A stretch of DNA of 59,633 nucleotides from an uncultured Bacilli bacterium (GCA_934096735.1 CAKOMS010000004.1:1-59633); one strand, 5' to 3'. Shown: positions 37,340-47,786, numbered from the stretch's first letter. Numbers and translations are program-made. Notes: generated by a model not told the origin, from the letters alone.

Positions 37340-37355
37340 GTGCTTGCTTTTTTTT
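37324..37355 (+). terminator. intrinsic terminator after the two-gene operon
   Basis: AGCAAGC(GCT)-loop-(AGT)GCTTGCT followed by T8. Confidence 0.75.
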
Positions 37356-37425
37356 GTAAACATATATTTATTTTGTAAAAAGAATTTCAAAAAGTGGTAT
37401 AATGTTATTAGAAAGAGTTGGTAGA

Positions 37426-38529
37426 ATGAGAAGGAAAAAGAAAAAAATTATTAAATTATTTTTACTATTAATAATATTAATAGTAATAGGTGCTATAATT
37501 TATCTAATATTCTTTAAAACTAAAGAAGATATAGGTTCTAAAAAAGAATATAGTGATAAATCAATATCTGTAATAAATCAAAATAAATTAGAAAATATTT
37601 ATAAAAATAAATATTCTAAAACACTAGATGAAATATTAAAAAATGATTTATTTAGAAATGAATATTTAGACGAATATCAAAATATTGATTATATTGATGA
37701 ATCATTTTTAAAAAATATTAATAAATATCTTGAAAAAGGATATAAAGCAGATGAAGTTAATAATATTACAAAATTAAGCAAAAAGAATCAAGAAAAACTT
37801 TTAGATTTAGAAAAAACTAATTTTGAAAAATTTATAGATATTAAAAATTATGATGCTAATAAAACAGATAGATATAATTCATACATGGAAAAAACAAATA
37901 AAGATATTAATACTGCAGTAACACATGTAAATATAGGCCTTGATAAAGATTTCTATGAAGACACTACTAAAGTAGAAAATCCAGATGATGTAACTGCACT
38001 TATAAATAAGTATCATTATGTAGATAAAGATTTTGTACCAAAAGATTTAGTAGTATTATTTGATAGTAGACAAAATGCAAAAATGACTAGAGTTGCAGCT
38101 GAAGCTTATAAAGAATTTATTGAAGGCTCAAAAAAAGACGGACTTACACTTGAAAGTACAACAGCATATCGTTCATATAATTTTCAAAATGCATTATACA
38201 CAAATTATGTAAGACAAGATGGTGTAAAAAAAGCAGACACCTACTCTGCTAGACCTGGAACAAGTGAACACCAATTAGGACTTGCAGTAGACTTAAATGA
38301 CCCTAATGTATCTGGAGCAAGACTTAATGAAAAAGACGGTAAATGGGTAAGAGAAAATGCTCATAAGTATGGTTTTATTCTAAGATATCTAGAAGAATTT
38401 GTACCAGTTACTGGTTACATGTATGAACCATGGCATATTAGATATTTGGGAAAAGATCTTGCCACAAAGGTTTACGAATCTGGTTTAACATATGATGAAT
38501 ATTACGACTTATATTTAACTGAATATTAA
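37426..38529 (+). CDS. membrane-anchored D-alanyl-D-alanine carboxypeptidase, peptidase M15B (VanY-like)
   Basis: SARPGTSEHQLGLAVDL and EPWHIRYLG zinc-site motifs; start taken at MRRKKKK (the tracked ORF begins at 37402). Confidence 0.85.
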   Translation: MRRKKKKIIKLFLLLIILIVIGAIIYLIFFKTKEDIGSKKEYSDKSISVINQNKLENIYKNKYSKTLDEILKNDLFRNEYLDEYQNIDYIDESFLKNINKYLEKGYKADEVNNITKLSKKNQEKLLDLEKTNFEKFIDIKNYDANKTDRYNSYMEKTNKDINTAVTHVNIGLDKDFYEDTTKVENPDDVTALINKYHYVDKDFVPKDLVVLFDSRQNAKMTRVAAEAYKEFIEGSKKDGLTLESTTAYRSYNFQNALYTNYVRQDGVKKADTYSARPGTSEHQLGLAVDLNDPNVSGARLNEKDGKWVRENAHKYGFILRYLEEFVPVTGYMYEPWHIRYLGKDLATKVYESGLTYDEYYDLYLTEY

Positions 38530-38534
38530 AATAC

Positions 38535-39185
38535 CTAGAGATTTATTTCTCTAGGTATTTTTGTTTCTAATTTTATATTCTCTTTAGTTATAGGATGAAT
38601 AAACTCTAAATAATAAGCATGTAAACATAGTCTTTTTCTATTATCTTTTATATTAGAATATATTTTATCTCCTACTATAGGATGATTAATGCTTTTTAAA
38701 TGTACTCTTATTTGATGATGTCTACCAGTTTTTATTAATACTTCAAGTAAACTAAAATTATCATTATAAGAAATAACTTTATAAATGGTTTTAGCATACT
38801 TTCCATTCTTACTATCTTTAGTAGAATATACCAAATGTGTTTTAGTTTCTTTTAAATATGACTCAATAACTCCATCATTTAAAACTTTTCCATACACTTT
38901 ACATATATATTTTCTTATAACACTATTCCAATTATTTTGTAAATCATATTTTACTTTTTCATTTTTAGCAAATATAACAAGTCCACTCGTATCTTTATCA
39001 AGTCTATGTACTATAAATACTTTATTATTTTTATTTTTCTTTTTTAAATAATCATAAACCTTAGAATATAACGTATTATATTTTTCTTTATCAGTTGAGA
39101 TAGTTAACAAATTATTAGGTTTATTAACTACCAATATATATTTATCTTCATATAAAATATCTAATTTATCTTTTTTCATAATCAT
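38535..39185 (-). CDS. RluA-family pseudouridine synthase
   Basis: HRLDKDTSGLVIFAK catalytic Asp motif; KTGRHHQIRVH. Confidence 0.88.
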   Translation of the reverse strand: MIMKKDKLDILYEDKYILVVNKPNNLLTISTDKEKYNTLYSKVYDYLKKKNKNNKVFIVHRLDKDTSGLVIFAKNEKVKYDLQNNWNSVIRKYICKVYGKVLNDGVIESYLKETKTHLVYSTKDSKNGKYAKTIYKVISYNDNFSLLEVLIKTGRHHQIRVHLKSINHPIVGDKIYSNIKDNRKRLCLHAYYLEFIHPITKENIKLETKIPREINL

Positions 39186-39207
39186 TTACTACAAAAAAAG
39201 TAGTTTC

Positions 39208-39954
39208 CTACTTTTCTTTTTTCTTTGCTAAAGCATCTAATACTTCAATTGGTAAACAAAATACTACAGTATTACCTTTATCTGATGAAATATCACTTAA
39301 AGTTGATAGTGTTCTTAAATGTAATGCTCCTGGAGTTTTACCCATAACCTCGGCAGCTTTAGATAAGTTATTTGAAGCTTCAAGTTCTCCTACAGATTTT
39401 GTAATGACAGCAGTTTTCTCTCTTTCTGCTTCAGCAGCAATAGCAAGAACTCTTTTCATATCTTCTGGTAAAGAAACATCTTTAAGTTCAACATTTTCTA
39501 CTTTAATTCCCCAAGGATCAGTAGCAGCATCAATAATCTTACAAATCTCAGTACTAATTTTTTCTCTTTCAGCTAGTAATTCGTCCAAAGAAACACTTCC
39601 TACAACGTTTCTCATAGTAGTTTGAGCAAGTTGACCAACAGCATAGTAAAAATCCTCTACAGTTAAAATTGCTTTAGAAGCATCAAAAATATTATAATAA
39701 ATTACAGCATTAATTTGTACTGAAACATTATCTTTTGTAATAGCTTCTTGCGCTGGTACATCAACCGCTTTCGTTCTTATATCAATTTTACGAAAAGATT
39801 CAAAAATAGGTAGTACGATTCTCCAACCTGGTTGCATTATTCTAGCAAACTTTCCAAATCTAAATTTAATTCCTCTTTCATATTCATTAATTTGTTTAAT
39901 TGACACTATTATTAAAAGTGCAATAACTATTAAAACAATATATCCAATTTCCAT
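39208..39954 (-). CDS. SPFH/band-7 (stomatin/prohibitin-like) membrane protein
   Basis: N-terminal TM followed by an SPFH core (YERGI.FRFGK...TKDNV.V...AV.Y). Confidence 0.88.
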   Translation of the reverse strand: MEIGYIVLIVIALLIIVSIKQINEYERGIKFRFGKFARIMQPGWRIVLPIFESFRKIDIRTKAVDVPAQEAITKDNVSVQINAVIYYNIFDASKAILTVEDFYYAVGQLAQTTMRNVVGSVSLDELLAEREKISTEICKIIDAATDPWGIKVENVELKDVSLPEDMKRVLAIAAEAEREKTAVITKSVGELEASNNLSKAAEVMGKTPGALHLRTLSTLSDISSDKGNTVVFCLPIEVLDALAKKKEK

Positions 39955-39979
39955 AAATATTCCTCCTATTTAATATATA

Positions 39980-42196
39980 TTATTTTTTCCAAAATCTAGT
40001 CTTTTTTGGCTTTTCTTCTTTACTTTCAGTTGTACTTTCTTCTTTTACTTCTTTAACTTCTTTTTTTGGAAGAGCATCCTTTCTAGATAAATTTAATCTA
40101 CCTCTATTATCATATCCTAAAGATTTAACAATAATTTCATCCCCAACTTTAAATAAATCACTTGGTTTATTAACTCTTTCATAATCAAGTTGTGATACAT
40201 GAACCATACCTTCACATCCAGGCCATAATTCTACAAAACATCCAAAATCTTCTACTTTAGTAACCTTACCAGTATAAATACTACCAGTTTCAACTTCTCT
40301 AACAACAGCTTCAATCATTTCTCTAGTTTTCTTAATAATATTTTCATCAGTATGATAAATAAGTACTCTACCGTCATCTTCTAAATCAACTTTTACAGCA
40401 TCTTTATCATTTACACTACTTACATTACTAGCCTCTAAAATAATCTTAGTAATCATTTCTCCACCACGACCAATAACGTCTTTAATTTTTTCAGGATCAA
40501 TATTAAATGATTCAATCTTTGGAGCATAAGGACTTAATTCTTTTCTAGGTTCAGTTATAACTGTTTCAAATAAATCCAATATTTGCATTCTAGCCTTTTT
40601 AGCTTGCTCTAAAGCTTCTTTCAAAATATCTCTATTAACACCATCTATTTTAATATCCATTTGTAGTGCACATATACCTTTTCTAGTACCAGCCACTTTA
40701 AAATCCATATCTCCTAGATGATCTTCCATACCTTGTATATCTGTAAGTATTGTATATTTATCTTCATTAGTAATAAGTCCCATAGCTATACCTGCTACTG
40801 GAGCTTTAATTGGAACACCTGCAGCCATTAAACTTAAACATCCAGCACAAATACTTGCTTGACTTGATGAACCATTACTTTCAAGTATTTCAGATACAAC
40901 TCTAATTGTATAAGGGAATTCTTCTTCTGAAGGAATAACTTGTAATAATGCTCTTTCTCCTAATGCACCATGACCAATCTCTCTTCTTCCAGGACTTCCA
41001 TATTTGCCAGTTTCACCAACACTAAATTGAGGAAAATTATAATGTAACATAAATCTCTTTTCATCTTCTATAGAAAGACCATCTAATATTTGATGTTCAC
41101 CTAAAGCACCAAGAGTTGTAATTGATAAACTTTGTGTTTGTCCTCTTGTAAATAAAGCTGAACCATGAGTTCTAGGCAAAATATCTATTCCACAAGAAAG
41201 AGGTCTTATTTCATCCATCTTTCTTCCATCAATTCTTATTTTTTCATTAACTACAATTTTTCTAAAAGTACTATATTGTACACTCTCAAATATTAAACAT
41301 AATTTAGTAATAAGTTCCTTAAATTCCTCTGCTTTTAACTTATCCTCAAATTCATTAGTATATTTTTCAATAATACCCTCTTTTATTTTATCAATTGCTT
41401 CATACATAGTAGCTTTATCTTTAATTCTAAGTGCTTCATCTAATTCTTTTTCACATAAAGAAGTAACATCATTTCTAAGTTCATCAGTAATTTCAAGTCT
41501 TGGATAATCCATCTTTTCTTCACCAATTTCCTTAATAATTTCTTCTTCAAATGCTACTAATTTTTTAATTGCTTCATGTCCAAATAATAAAGCATCAAGC
41601 ATATCTTCTTCTAAAACTTCTTTACTACCAGCTTCAACCATATTAATTGCATCTTTTGTACCAGCAACAGTTAAATCAATATCACTTAATTCCATTTCTT
41701 CAACAGTAGGATCAATAATAAATTTACCATTTACTCTTCCAACCTTTACAGCAGCAACTGGACCATTAAATGGAATCTTACTAATTGATGTTGCTAAACT
41801 AGAACCAAATAATGCAGTTAACTCTGGAGAATTATCTTGATCAACAGATAAAACTGTATTTACAATTTGAACTTCATTCCTAAAATCTTCTGGAAAAAGT
41901 GGTCTCATTGGTCTATCAATCATTCTTGCAGCAAGTGTTGCATTATCAGTTGGTCTTCCCTCTCTTTTAATAAATCCACCTGGAATTTTTCCAACAGAAT
42001 ATAATTTTTCATTATATAAAACCATTAATGGAAAAAAATCAGACAATAAATTTGCATTTTTAGATACTACTGCAGTACTAAGTATTACAGTATCTCCAAA
42101 TCTTACTAAAACACTACCATGTGCTTGTTTAGCTAGTTCTCCATGTTCTACTACCAACTTTCTTCCATAGAAATCTAACTCAAATACTTTCTTCAT
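39980..42196 (-). CDS. pnp: polyribonucleotide nucleotidyltransferase (PNPase)
   Basis: two RNase PH domains, KH, S1 ([15 protein letters not shown]); 738 aa with basic tail. Confidence 0.97.
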   Translation of the reverse strand: MKKVFELDFYGRKLVVEHGELAKQAHGSVLVRFGDTVILSTAVVSKNANLLSDFFPLMVLYNEKLYSVGKIPGGFIKREGRPTDNATLAARMIDRPMRPLFPEDFRNEVQIVNTVLSVDQDNSPELTALFGSSLATSISKIPFNGPVAAVKVGRVNGKFIIDPTVEEMELSDIDLTVAGTKDAINMVEAGSKEVLEEDMLDALLFGHEAIKKLVAFEEEIIKEIGEEKMDYPRLEITDELRNDVTSLCEKELDEALRIKDKATMYEAIDKIKEGIIEKYTNEFEDKLKAEEFKELITKLCLIFESVQYSTFRKIVVNEKIRIDGRKMDEIRPLSCGIDILPRTHGSALFTRGQTQSLSITTLGALGEHQILDGLSIEDEKRFMLHYNFPQFSVGETGKYGSPGRREIGHGALGERALLQVIPSEEEFPYTIRVVSEILESNGSSSQASICAGCLSLMAAGVPIKAPVAGIAMGLITNEDKYTILTDIQGMEDHLGDMDFKVAGTRKGICALQMDIKIDGVNRDILKEALEQAKKARMQILDLFETVITEPRKELSPYAPKIESFNIDPEKIKDVIGRGGEMITKIILEASNVSSVNDKDAVKVDLEDDGRVLIYHTDENIIKKTREMIEAVVREVETGSIYTGKVTKVEDFGCFVELWPGCEGMVHVSQLDYERVNKPSDLFKVGDEIIVKSLGYDNRGRLNLSRKDALPKKEVKEVKEESTTESKEEKPKKTRFWKK

Positions 42197-42215
42197 TTCT
42201 TACCTCTTTCTAAAT

Positions 42216-42241
42216 AAAAAGACACTAAAAATTTTAGTGCC
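42216..42241 (-). terminator. rpsO terminator / pnp leader hairpin
   Basis: GCACTAAA-loop-TTTAGTGTC followed by T5 on the minus strand, between rpsO and pnp. Confidence 0.55.
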
Positions 42242-42242
42242 C

Positions 42243-42512
42243 TTACTTTCTTAAATTTAATTTTTTAATTACTTCTCTATAACTTGCAATATCATTTTCT
42301 TTTAAATAACTAAGTAATTTTTTTCTTCTACCAACTTTGATTAACAATCCTCTTTTTGAATGGTAGTCATGCTTATGTTCTTGCATGTGTTTAGTTAAAT
42401 CATTAATTTCTTTTGTAAGAATAGCAATTTGTACTTCAGCTGAACCACAATCTTTTTCAGTCTTAGCAAATTCTTTAATAATACTTGCTTTTTCTTCTTT
42501 CTTTAAAGCCAT
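42243..42512 (-). CDS. rpsO: 30S ribosomal protein S15
   Basis: GSAEVQIA.LT..I..LT.H...HKHD.HS.RGL...V..R..LL.YL; 89 aa. Confidence 0.96.
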   Translation of the reverse strand: MALKKEEKASIIKEFAKTEKDCGSAEVQIAILTKEINDLTKHMQEHKHDYHSKRGLLIKVGRRKKLLSYLKENDIASYREVIKKLNLRK

Positions 42513-42596
42513 AATACATTCCTTTCTATTTATTTTAAACGGTTAAAACTGAGACTAAAAACGGAAATCCTTTAATCTAAGTAAAAACTTAATATT

Positions 42597-42625
42597 ATTA
42601 TATTATAAAGTACCAAAAATGTAAA
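42597..42625 (-). promoter_or_regulatory. promoter TTTACA-17-TATAAT upstream of rpsO (about 80-nt leader)
   Basis: -35 rc of 42620..42625; -10 rc of 42597..42602. Confidence 0.5.
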
Positions 42626-42642
42626 CATAAATTTATAGTAAG

Positions 42643-43488
42643 TTAACTACAAAGCATTATTTTTAACTTACCAATATTACGAGAAAACTCATAAAGTGCA
42701 ATTTCTTTATTATCTCTTACAAAAAGTACATATCCATTATATTGAATTTCTAATTTATTGCCATTAATAACCTTTTTAAATAATGCATCATTTAATTCTA
42801 CTACACTAACATCAAGTACATCTTTAATACTTAAACTTTTATAATTATCCTTTTCTATATCTTCTAAACTATAAGAATCTTCAATTTTAAAATTCCCTTG
42901 TTTAGTTCTAACTAAACTACTCATAGTACCACATGTATTTAATTTATCACATACACTTTGAATTAAACTTCTTACATAAGTCCCCTTACTTACTACTACT
43001 CTAAAAGTAATAATATCATCTTTATAATCTATTAATTCTATCTCTTTAATATATACATTTCTTATAGGTACATCTACTTCAATATTATTTCTTGCATATT
43101 CATAAAGTCTTTTTCCTTTAACTCTTACTGCACTATAAAGTGGTACTTCACTAGAATATTCTCCAACAAAACTATTTAAAATTTTCTTAATATAATCTTT
43201 GTCATAATATTCTACTTTGGATGTCTTAATAACTTCACCCGTAATATCAAGTGTATCAGTACTAATACCTAACTTTATACTAGCAATATATTCTTTTTCT
43301 AAACCAGTAATTATTTCAACTAATTTAGTATATTTATTTGTTACACATACAAGTACACCAGTAGCAAGTGGATCTAGTGTACCAGTATGGCCAATTTTCC
43401 TAGTACCTTTCATATATATTAATTTATTTACCACATCTCTACTAGTATAATCAGTTGGTTTATAAACAACTATAATTTCATTATTCAT
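42643..43488 (-). CDS. truB: tRNA pseudouridine55 synthase
   Basis: KIGHTGTLDPLATGVL catalytic motif; 281 aa. Confidence 0.93.
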   Translation of the reverse strand: MNNEIIVVYKPTDYTSRDVVNKLIYMKGTRKIGHTGTLDPLATGVLVCVTNKYTKLVEIITGLEKEYIASIKLGISTDTLDITGEVIKTSKVEYYDKDYIKKILNSFVGEYSSEVPLYSAVRVKGKRLYEYARNNIEVDVPIRNVYIKEIELIDYKDDIITFRVVVSKGTYVRSLIQSVCDKLNTCGTMSSLVRTKQGNFKIEDSYSLEDIEKDNYKSLSIKDVLDVSVVELNDALFKKVINGNKLEIQYNGYVLFVRDNKEIALYEFSRNIGKLKIMLCS

Positions 43489-43825
43489 TTTCGTGAATCT
43501 TATTGATAACTCTTTCTATATTAGTAGCATACTCTATTGTTTCATCATATATAAAATGTAATTCAGGTATATTTCTAATTTCAATAACTTTAGCTAGACA
43601 ACCTCTTAAAAAAGGAGCAGCTTCATTCATTTCTTTTTCAGCATCTTTATGTTCCATTTCTTTAATAGTTGTAAAATATACTTTTGCATAACTTAAATCT
43701 TTAGATACTTTTACTTCTGTTAATGTCACAGTTTTTAAAAATTCATCTCTAGTTTCTGTAAGTAATATATTACTTAAATATTTTAATATATCACTAGATA
43801 TTCTATCAATCTTATAATTAGCCAT
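43481..43825 (-). CDS. rbfA: ribosome-binding factor A (start re-called to ATG 43825)
   Basis: [12 protein letters not shown]...L..IL; ATG overlaps the infB stop (ATGGCTAA) with GAGGT RBS. Confidence 0.9.
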   Translation of the reverse strand: MANYKIDRISSDILKYLSNILLTETRDEFLKTVTLTEVKVSKDLSYAKVYFTTIKEMEHKDAEKEMNEAAPFLRGCLAKVIEIRNIPELHFIYDETIEYATNIERVINKIHENE

Positions 43826-45923
43826 TACGTACCTCTTGCATTTCATAAACTTCTAAAATATCGCCTTCTTTAATATCATTAAAACTCTCTAAAGTAAGAC
43901 CACATTCATAGCCTTTTTTCATTTCTTTTACATTATCTTTACCCTTTTGTAAACTGGATATTTTATCTTCACAAAGTACTACACCATCACGTATAACTCT
44001 TACATTAGCATTATTTTTAACAATACCATCAGTTACATAACATCCTGCTATATTACCAATTTTAGAAAACTTAAATATTTTTCTAATTTCTACAGTACCT
44101 AAATTCTTTTCAACAAATTCAGGATCTAACATACCTGTTATAGCTTGTTCCATTTCTTCAACTAATTTATATATAATAGTATAAAGTCTAATATCTACAT
44201 TATATTCTTTAGCAATTTCTTTAGTAGTATTATTGGGTACTACATTAAATCCAATAATTAAAGCATCACTTGCATTAGCAAGAACAACATCACTTTCAGT
44301 AATTGCTCCAATACCACTTCTAATTACTTTAATAGATACATCTTTAATATTAATTTTAGTTAAAGCATTTTTAACTGCTTCTTCACTACCTCTAACATCA
44401 GCCTTTAAAATAACATTAACTTCTTTTTGACCACCAGATATTTTATTAAATAAATCATCTAGAGAAACAACGTCTTGTTTATATTTAGATAAATTAATAT
44501 TTTTTCTTTTTTCTGCTATTTCTTTAGCTTTACTTTCAGTTTCAAAAGCCATAAATTTATCACCAGCAGATGGATTATCAGAAATACCAGTAACTTCAAC
44601 TGGAGTAGATGGTCCAGCTTCAACAATTGGTTCTCCTAAATCATTTTTCATAGTTCTAACTTTACCAAAATATTCACCAACAACTATAGGATCTCCTATT
44701 CTTAAAGTACCATTTTGAATAATAAATGATGCAATACCACCAATATTTTTATCCATTTTTGATTCTATAACTGTACCAGATGCATATCTTTGAGGGTTAG
44801 CTTTATATTCGTTAACCTCAGCAATAGTTTCAATAGTTTCAAGTAAAAGTGGAATACCTTCACCAGTATGAGCAGATATATTAATAAATGGAATATCTCC
44901 ACCCCAAGCCTCAGGTGTAATACCACATTCAGCCATTTCTGTAAGTATTTTTTCTGGATTAGCATCAGGTTTATCTATTTTATTTACTGCTACTATAATA
45001 GGTACATTTGCACTTTTTGCATGATCTATTGCTTCTTTAGTTTGTGGCATAACTCCATCATCAGCAGCAACAATAATAATAACTATATCAGTAACACTAG
45101 CACCTCTTGCTCTCATTTCAGTAAAAGCAGCATGTCCAGGAGTATCAATAAATGTAATTTTATTTCCATTATGATTAATTTGATAAGCACCAATATGTTG
45201 TGTTATTCCTCCAAACTCTCCATCAACAACATGACTATGTCTAATGTAATCTAAAAGAGTTGTCTTACCATGATCAACATGTCCCATAATAGTTACAATT
45301 GGAGGTCTTTTTTGTAAAGCTTTTTCATCATCAACAATTTCATACTCTTCAAAATTAGCTAAATCTTGTGTTTCTTCTTTTTTCAAAGTTTTCTTATAAT
45401 CTAAACATAATATTTCAGCATTTTCAAAATCTATTACATCATTAAGACCAAGCATCAATCCAAGACTCATGAGTTTCTTAATAGCATCAGTACCACTAAT
45501 ACCTAAGGCTTCAGCAAGTTTACTAACAGTCATTCCCTTTTTATATAGTATTATTGAATCATCTTCTTTATTACCCATTAATTTTTCTTTATGTTTATAC
45601 ATTTCCTTCTTTAATAGTTTATAATCATCCTTATTTTCTTTAATACTTTCTTTCTTCTTTAACTTTTGTTTCTTTGAAGTATTACTTTCAGTAATATTTT
45701 TACTTTCCATAATATCCATAGCAATATTCTCTACAAGTTCATCTTCATCATAAGTAATTTCTTGATCAGTTGAAATTAAATTAAGAGTATTATCAAGCAT
45801 AATAATATCATCATCACTTAAAATATCATCACCATTATTTGCTTTAATTCCCAATTCCTTACATTTTTTTAATACTTCTGCTACTGATAAATTCAAATCT
45901 ACTGCATAATCTTTTACGTTCAT
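43818..45923 (-). CDS. infB: translation initiation factor IF-2
   Basis: [21 protein letters not shown] GTPase motifs; 701 aa. Confidence 0.97.
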   Translation of the reverse strand: MNVKDYAVDLNLSVAEVLKKCKELGIKANNGDDILSDDDIIMLDNTLNLISTDQEITYDEDELVENIAMDIMESKNITESNTSKKQKLKKKESIKENKDDYKLLKKEMYKHKEKLMGNKEDDSIILYKKGMTVSKLAEALGISGTDAIKKLMSLGLMLGLNDVIDFENAEILCLDYKKTLKKEETQDLANFEEYEIVDDEKALQKRPPIVTIMGHVDHGKTTLLDYIRHSHVVDGEFGGITQHIGAYQINHNGNKITFIDTPGHAAFTEMRARGASVTDIVIIIVAADDGVMPQTKEAIDHAKSANVPIIVAVNKIDKPDANPEKILTEMAECGITPEAWGGDIPFINISAHTGEGIPLLLETIETIAEVNEYKANPQRYASGTVIESKMDKNIGGIASFIIQNGTLRIGDPIVVGEYFGKVRTMKNDLGEPIVEAGPSTPVEVTGISDNPSAGDKFMAFETESKAKEIAEKRKNINLSKYKQDVVSLDDLFNKISGGQKEVNVILKADVRGSEEAVKNALTKINIKDVSIKVIRSGIGAITESDVVLANASDALIIGFNVVPNNTTKEIAKEYNVDIRLYTIIYKLVEEMEQAITGMLDPEFVEKNLGTVEIRKIFKFSKIGNIAGCYVTDGIVKNNANVRVIRDGVVLCEDKISSLQKGKDNVKEMKKGYECGLTLESFNDIKEGDILEVYEMQEVRNG

Positions 45924-45941
45924 ATATAGTCTCCTTTCTTA

Positions 45942-46199
45942 TTACAATAATTTTTTTAATTCTTCATAAACATCATCATTAATTTTTATTTCTAAAACTC
46001 TTTCTAATATTTTACTTTTTTTTGCTTTTTCAAATACTTCTAAATCTTTCTTTAAATAAGCTCCTCTACCATTTTTCTTACCATTTAAATCAATTTCTAC
46101 AGTACCTTCTGGAGTTCTTACAATTCTAACAAGAGCTTTCTTATCTAACTTTTCTCTTGTTACAACACAAGTCCTCATTGGTATTTTTTTTAATTTCAT
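45942..46199 (-). CDS. ylxR: YlxR/RnpM (DUF448) RNA-binding protein
   Basis: PMRTCVVTREK..K..L.R.V....G....D..GK..GRGAYL; between nusA and infB. Confidence 0.85.
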   Translation of the reverse strand: MKLKKIPMRTCVVTREKLDKKALVRIVRTPEGTVEIDLNGKKNGRGAYLKKDLEVFEKAKKSKILERVLEIKINDDVYEELKKLL

Positions 46200-46202
46200 A
46201 TA

Positions 46203-47315
46203 TTATTTATTTCCTTCTTCATTTATTTGAGAAAGAGTTTTAATTTCTAATTTATATTTAGTTAGTTTACTAGCAAGTCTAATATTACTTCCTTTTTTAC
46301 CTATAGCTAAACTTAAATTATCATCAGTTACTATAGCAAGCGCTTCTTTTTTAACTTCATCAGTAATATTAACAATAACATTCTTAGCAGGTGCAAGTGC
46401 ATTTGCAATAAATATTTTAGGATCTTCATCATATAAAATTAAATCCACTCTCTCACCATTTAATTCTTTTAATATACTAGCAATTCTACTTCCTTTTTCT
46501 CCAATACAAGAACCTATCGCATCAATTCTTTCATTAGTACTATACACTGCAACTTTACTTCTAACACCAGCTTCTCTAGCCACTCCATATAAAACAATAT
46601 CCCCATTTTGTAACTCAGGTATTTCATTTTCAAACAATCTTTTTACAAAACCATAATGTTTTCTAGAAGCAAGTATAACTGGACCCTTATTACCATTTTC
46701 TACTTTAGTAATATATACTCTAATATTTGAACCCATCTTAATAGTTTCACCAGGTATACATTCATCTTTTGGAAGTATTGCCCTAGTTCTACCTAAATCA
46801 ATATAATAATTCTTTTGATCTTCCATTGCTACAAGTCCTAGCATATTTTCATATTCTTTTGAAGCAAATTCAGAAATGATACTTTCTTTTTCAGCCTCTC
46901 TTATTTTTTGAGTAACAACTTGTTTAGCAGTACCAGCAGCAACTCTACCAAAATCTTTTGGAGTAACTTCTTTAGTTATAGTATCTCCAACTTCAACATT
47001 TGGATTAATTTTTCTAGCATCTTCAAGTAATATTTGTGCATCAATATTTACTTCTGGTGGTATTATTATAGTATTTCCTTCTTCATCAACACTTTCAGTA
47101 CCTTCATCAATCTTATCTACTACAACTAAATATGAAAATACTTTTATTTCTCCAGTTTTTCTATTAATATCAACTTTAACATTAGTCTTTGAATCAAAAT
47201 TCTTTTTATAAGCAGTTTGTAATGCTAAACTCATCGCTTCAAAAACTACATCCTCAGAAATATTTTTTTCTTTTACAATATTATTTAATGCTTTAATAAA
47301 TGCCTTACTATCCAT
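46203..47315 (-). CDS. nusA: transcription termination/antitermination factor NusA (start re-called to ATG 47315)
   Basis: N-terminal domain, S1, two KH domains; GAGGT RBS; ATG lies 1 nt after the rimP stop. Confidence 0.95.
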   Translation of the reverse strand: MDSKAFIKALNNIVKEKNISEDVVFEAMSLALQTAYKKNFDSKTNVKVDINRKTGEIKVFSYLVVVDKIDEGTESVDEEGNTIIIPPEVNIDAQILLEDARKINPNVEVGDTITKEVTPKDFGRVAAGTAKQVVTQKIREAEKESIISEFASKEYENMLGLVAMEDQKNYYIDLGRTRAILPKDECIPGETIKMGSNIRVYITKVENGNKGPVILASRKHYGFVKRLFENEIPELQNGDIVLYGVAREAGVRSKVAVYSTNERIDAIGSCIGEKGSRIASILKELNGERVDLILYDEDPKIFIANALAPAKNVIVNITDEVKKEALAIVTDDNLSLAIGKKGSNIRLASKLTKYKLEIKTLSQINEEGNK

Positions 47316-47316
47316 C

Positions 47317-47571
47317 TTAATTACCTCTTTCCTTACTAACAACATCTAATACAAATGATTTATCAAACAAATTTTCATACTTATCTACTATTGGATTAAT
47401 TATATGAGTAGCATCTACTATAGTATCTAAATCAATTCCTAAAGTTTTATCTAACTCAACAGTTAAAAAAGTATATTTTCCTTTTTTCTCAGTATATAAA
47501 TCACTTAAAATAATATCTTCTTTTTTCAAAACCTCTTCTAATTCTTTTCTTAAATCTTCTAAACCTTTCAT
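47317..47571 (-). CDS. rimP: ribosome maturation factor RimP, N-terminal domain only (84 aa)
   Basis: position upstream of nusA. The N-domain pattern ends at LDVVSKERGN, where full-length RimP has LEVSSPG..RPL followed by a C-terminal beta domain. Confidence 0.7.
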   Translation of the reverse strand: MKGLEDLRKELEEVLKKEDIILSDLYTEKKGKYTFLTVELDKTLGIDLDTIVDATHIINPIVDKYENLFDKSFVLDVVSKERGN

Positions 47572-47587
47572 ACATCACCTCGAACTA

Positions 47588-47617
47588 TAAATAAAAGCAG
47601 GAGTAAATCGCCTGCTT
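47588..47617 (-). terminator. terminator-like hairpin inside the rimP-nusA leader (candidate attenuator)
   Basis: AGCAGG-9 nt loop-CCTGCT followed by TTTTATTTAT, only ~15 nt before the rimP RBS and downstream of the promoter at 47661..47689. Confidence 0.55.
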
Positions 47618-47660
47618 GTAAGATAAGTAAACTTATCTAATAAATCACACTGATGAAAAT

Positions 47661-47689
47661 ATTATAGCAAAAAAAAGCAAATATAACAA
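47661..47689 (-). promoter_or_regulatory. promoter TTGTTA-17-TATAAT with TGn extension for rimP-nusA-infB
   Basis: -35 rc of 47684..47689; -10 rc of 47661..47666, preceded by TGC. Confidence 0.55.
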
Positions 47690-47724
47690 GTTTTTTCAGT
47701 TTTATTCAATAAATTCAACCAATT

Positions 47725-47748
47725 CAAAAAGATGATAAAAAATCATCC
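47725..47748 (-). terminator. intrinsic terminator after the UPF0316 gene
   Basis: GATGAT-TTTTT-ATCATC followed by T5 on the minus strand. Confidence 0.55.
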
Positions 47749-47786
47749 TATAAGTCAATTAAATATTATATAGAAAATTTATCAAA

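Noticed and set aside
42513-42596. Possible structured S15-binding leader upstream of rpsO
   Set aside because: An ~80-nt leader exists downstream of a good promoter, but I could not fold a convincing three-way junction or pseudoknot by eye.
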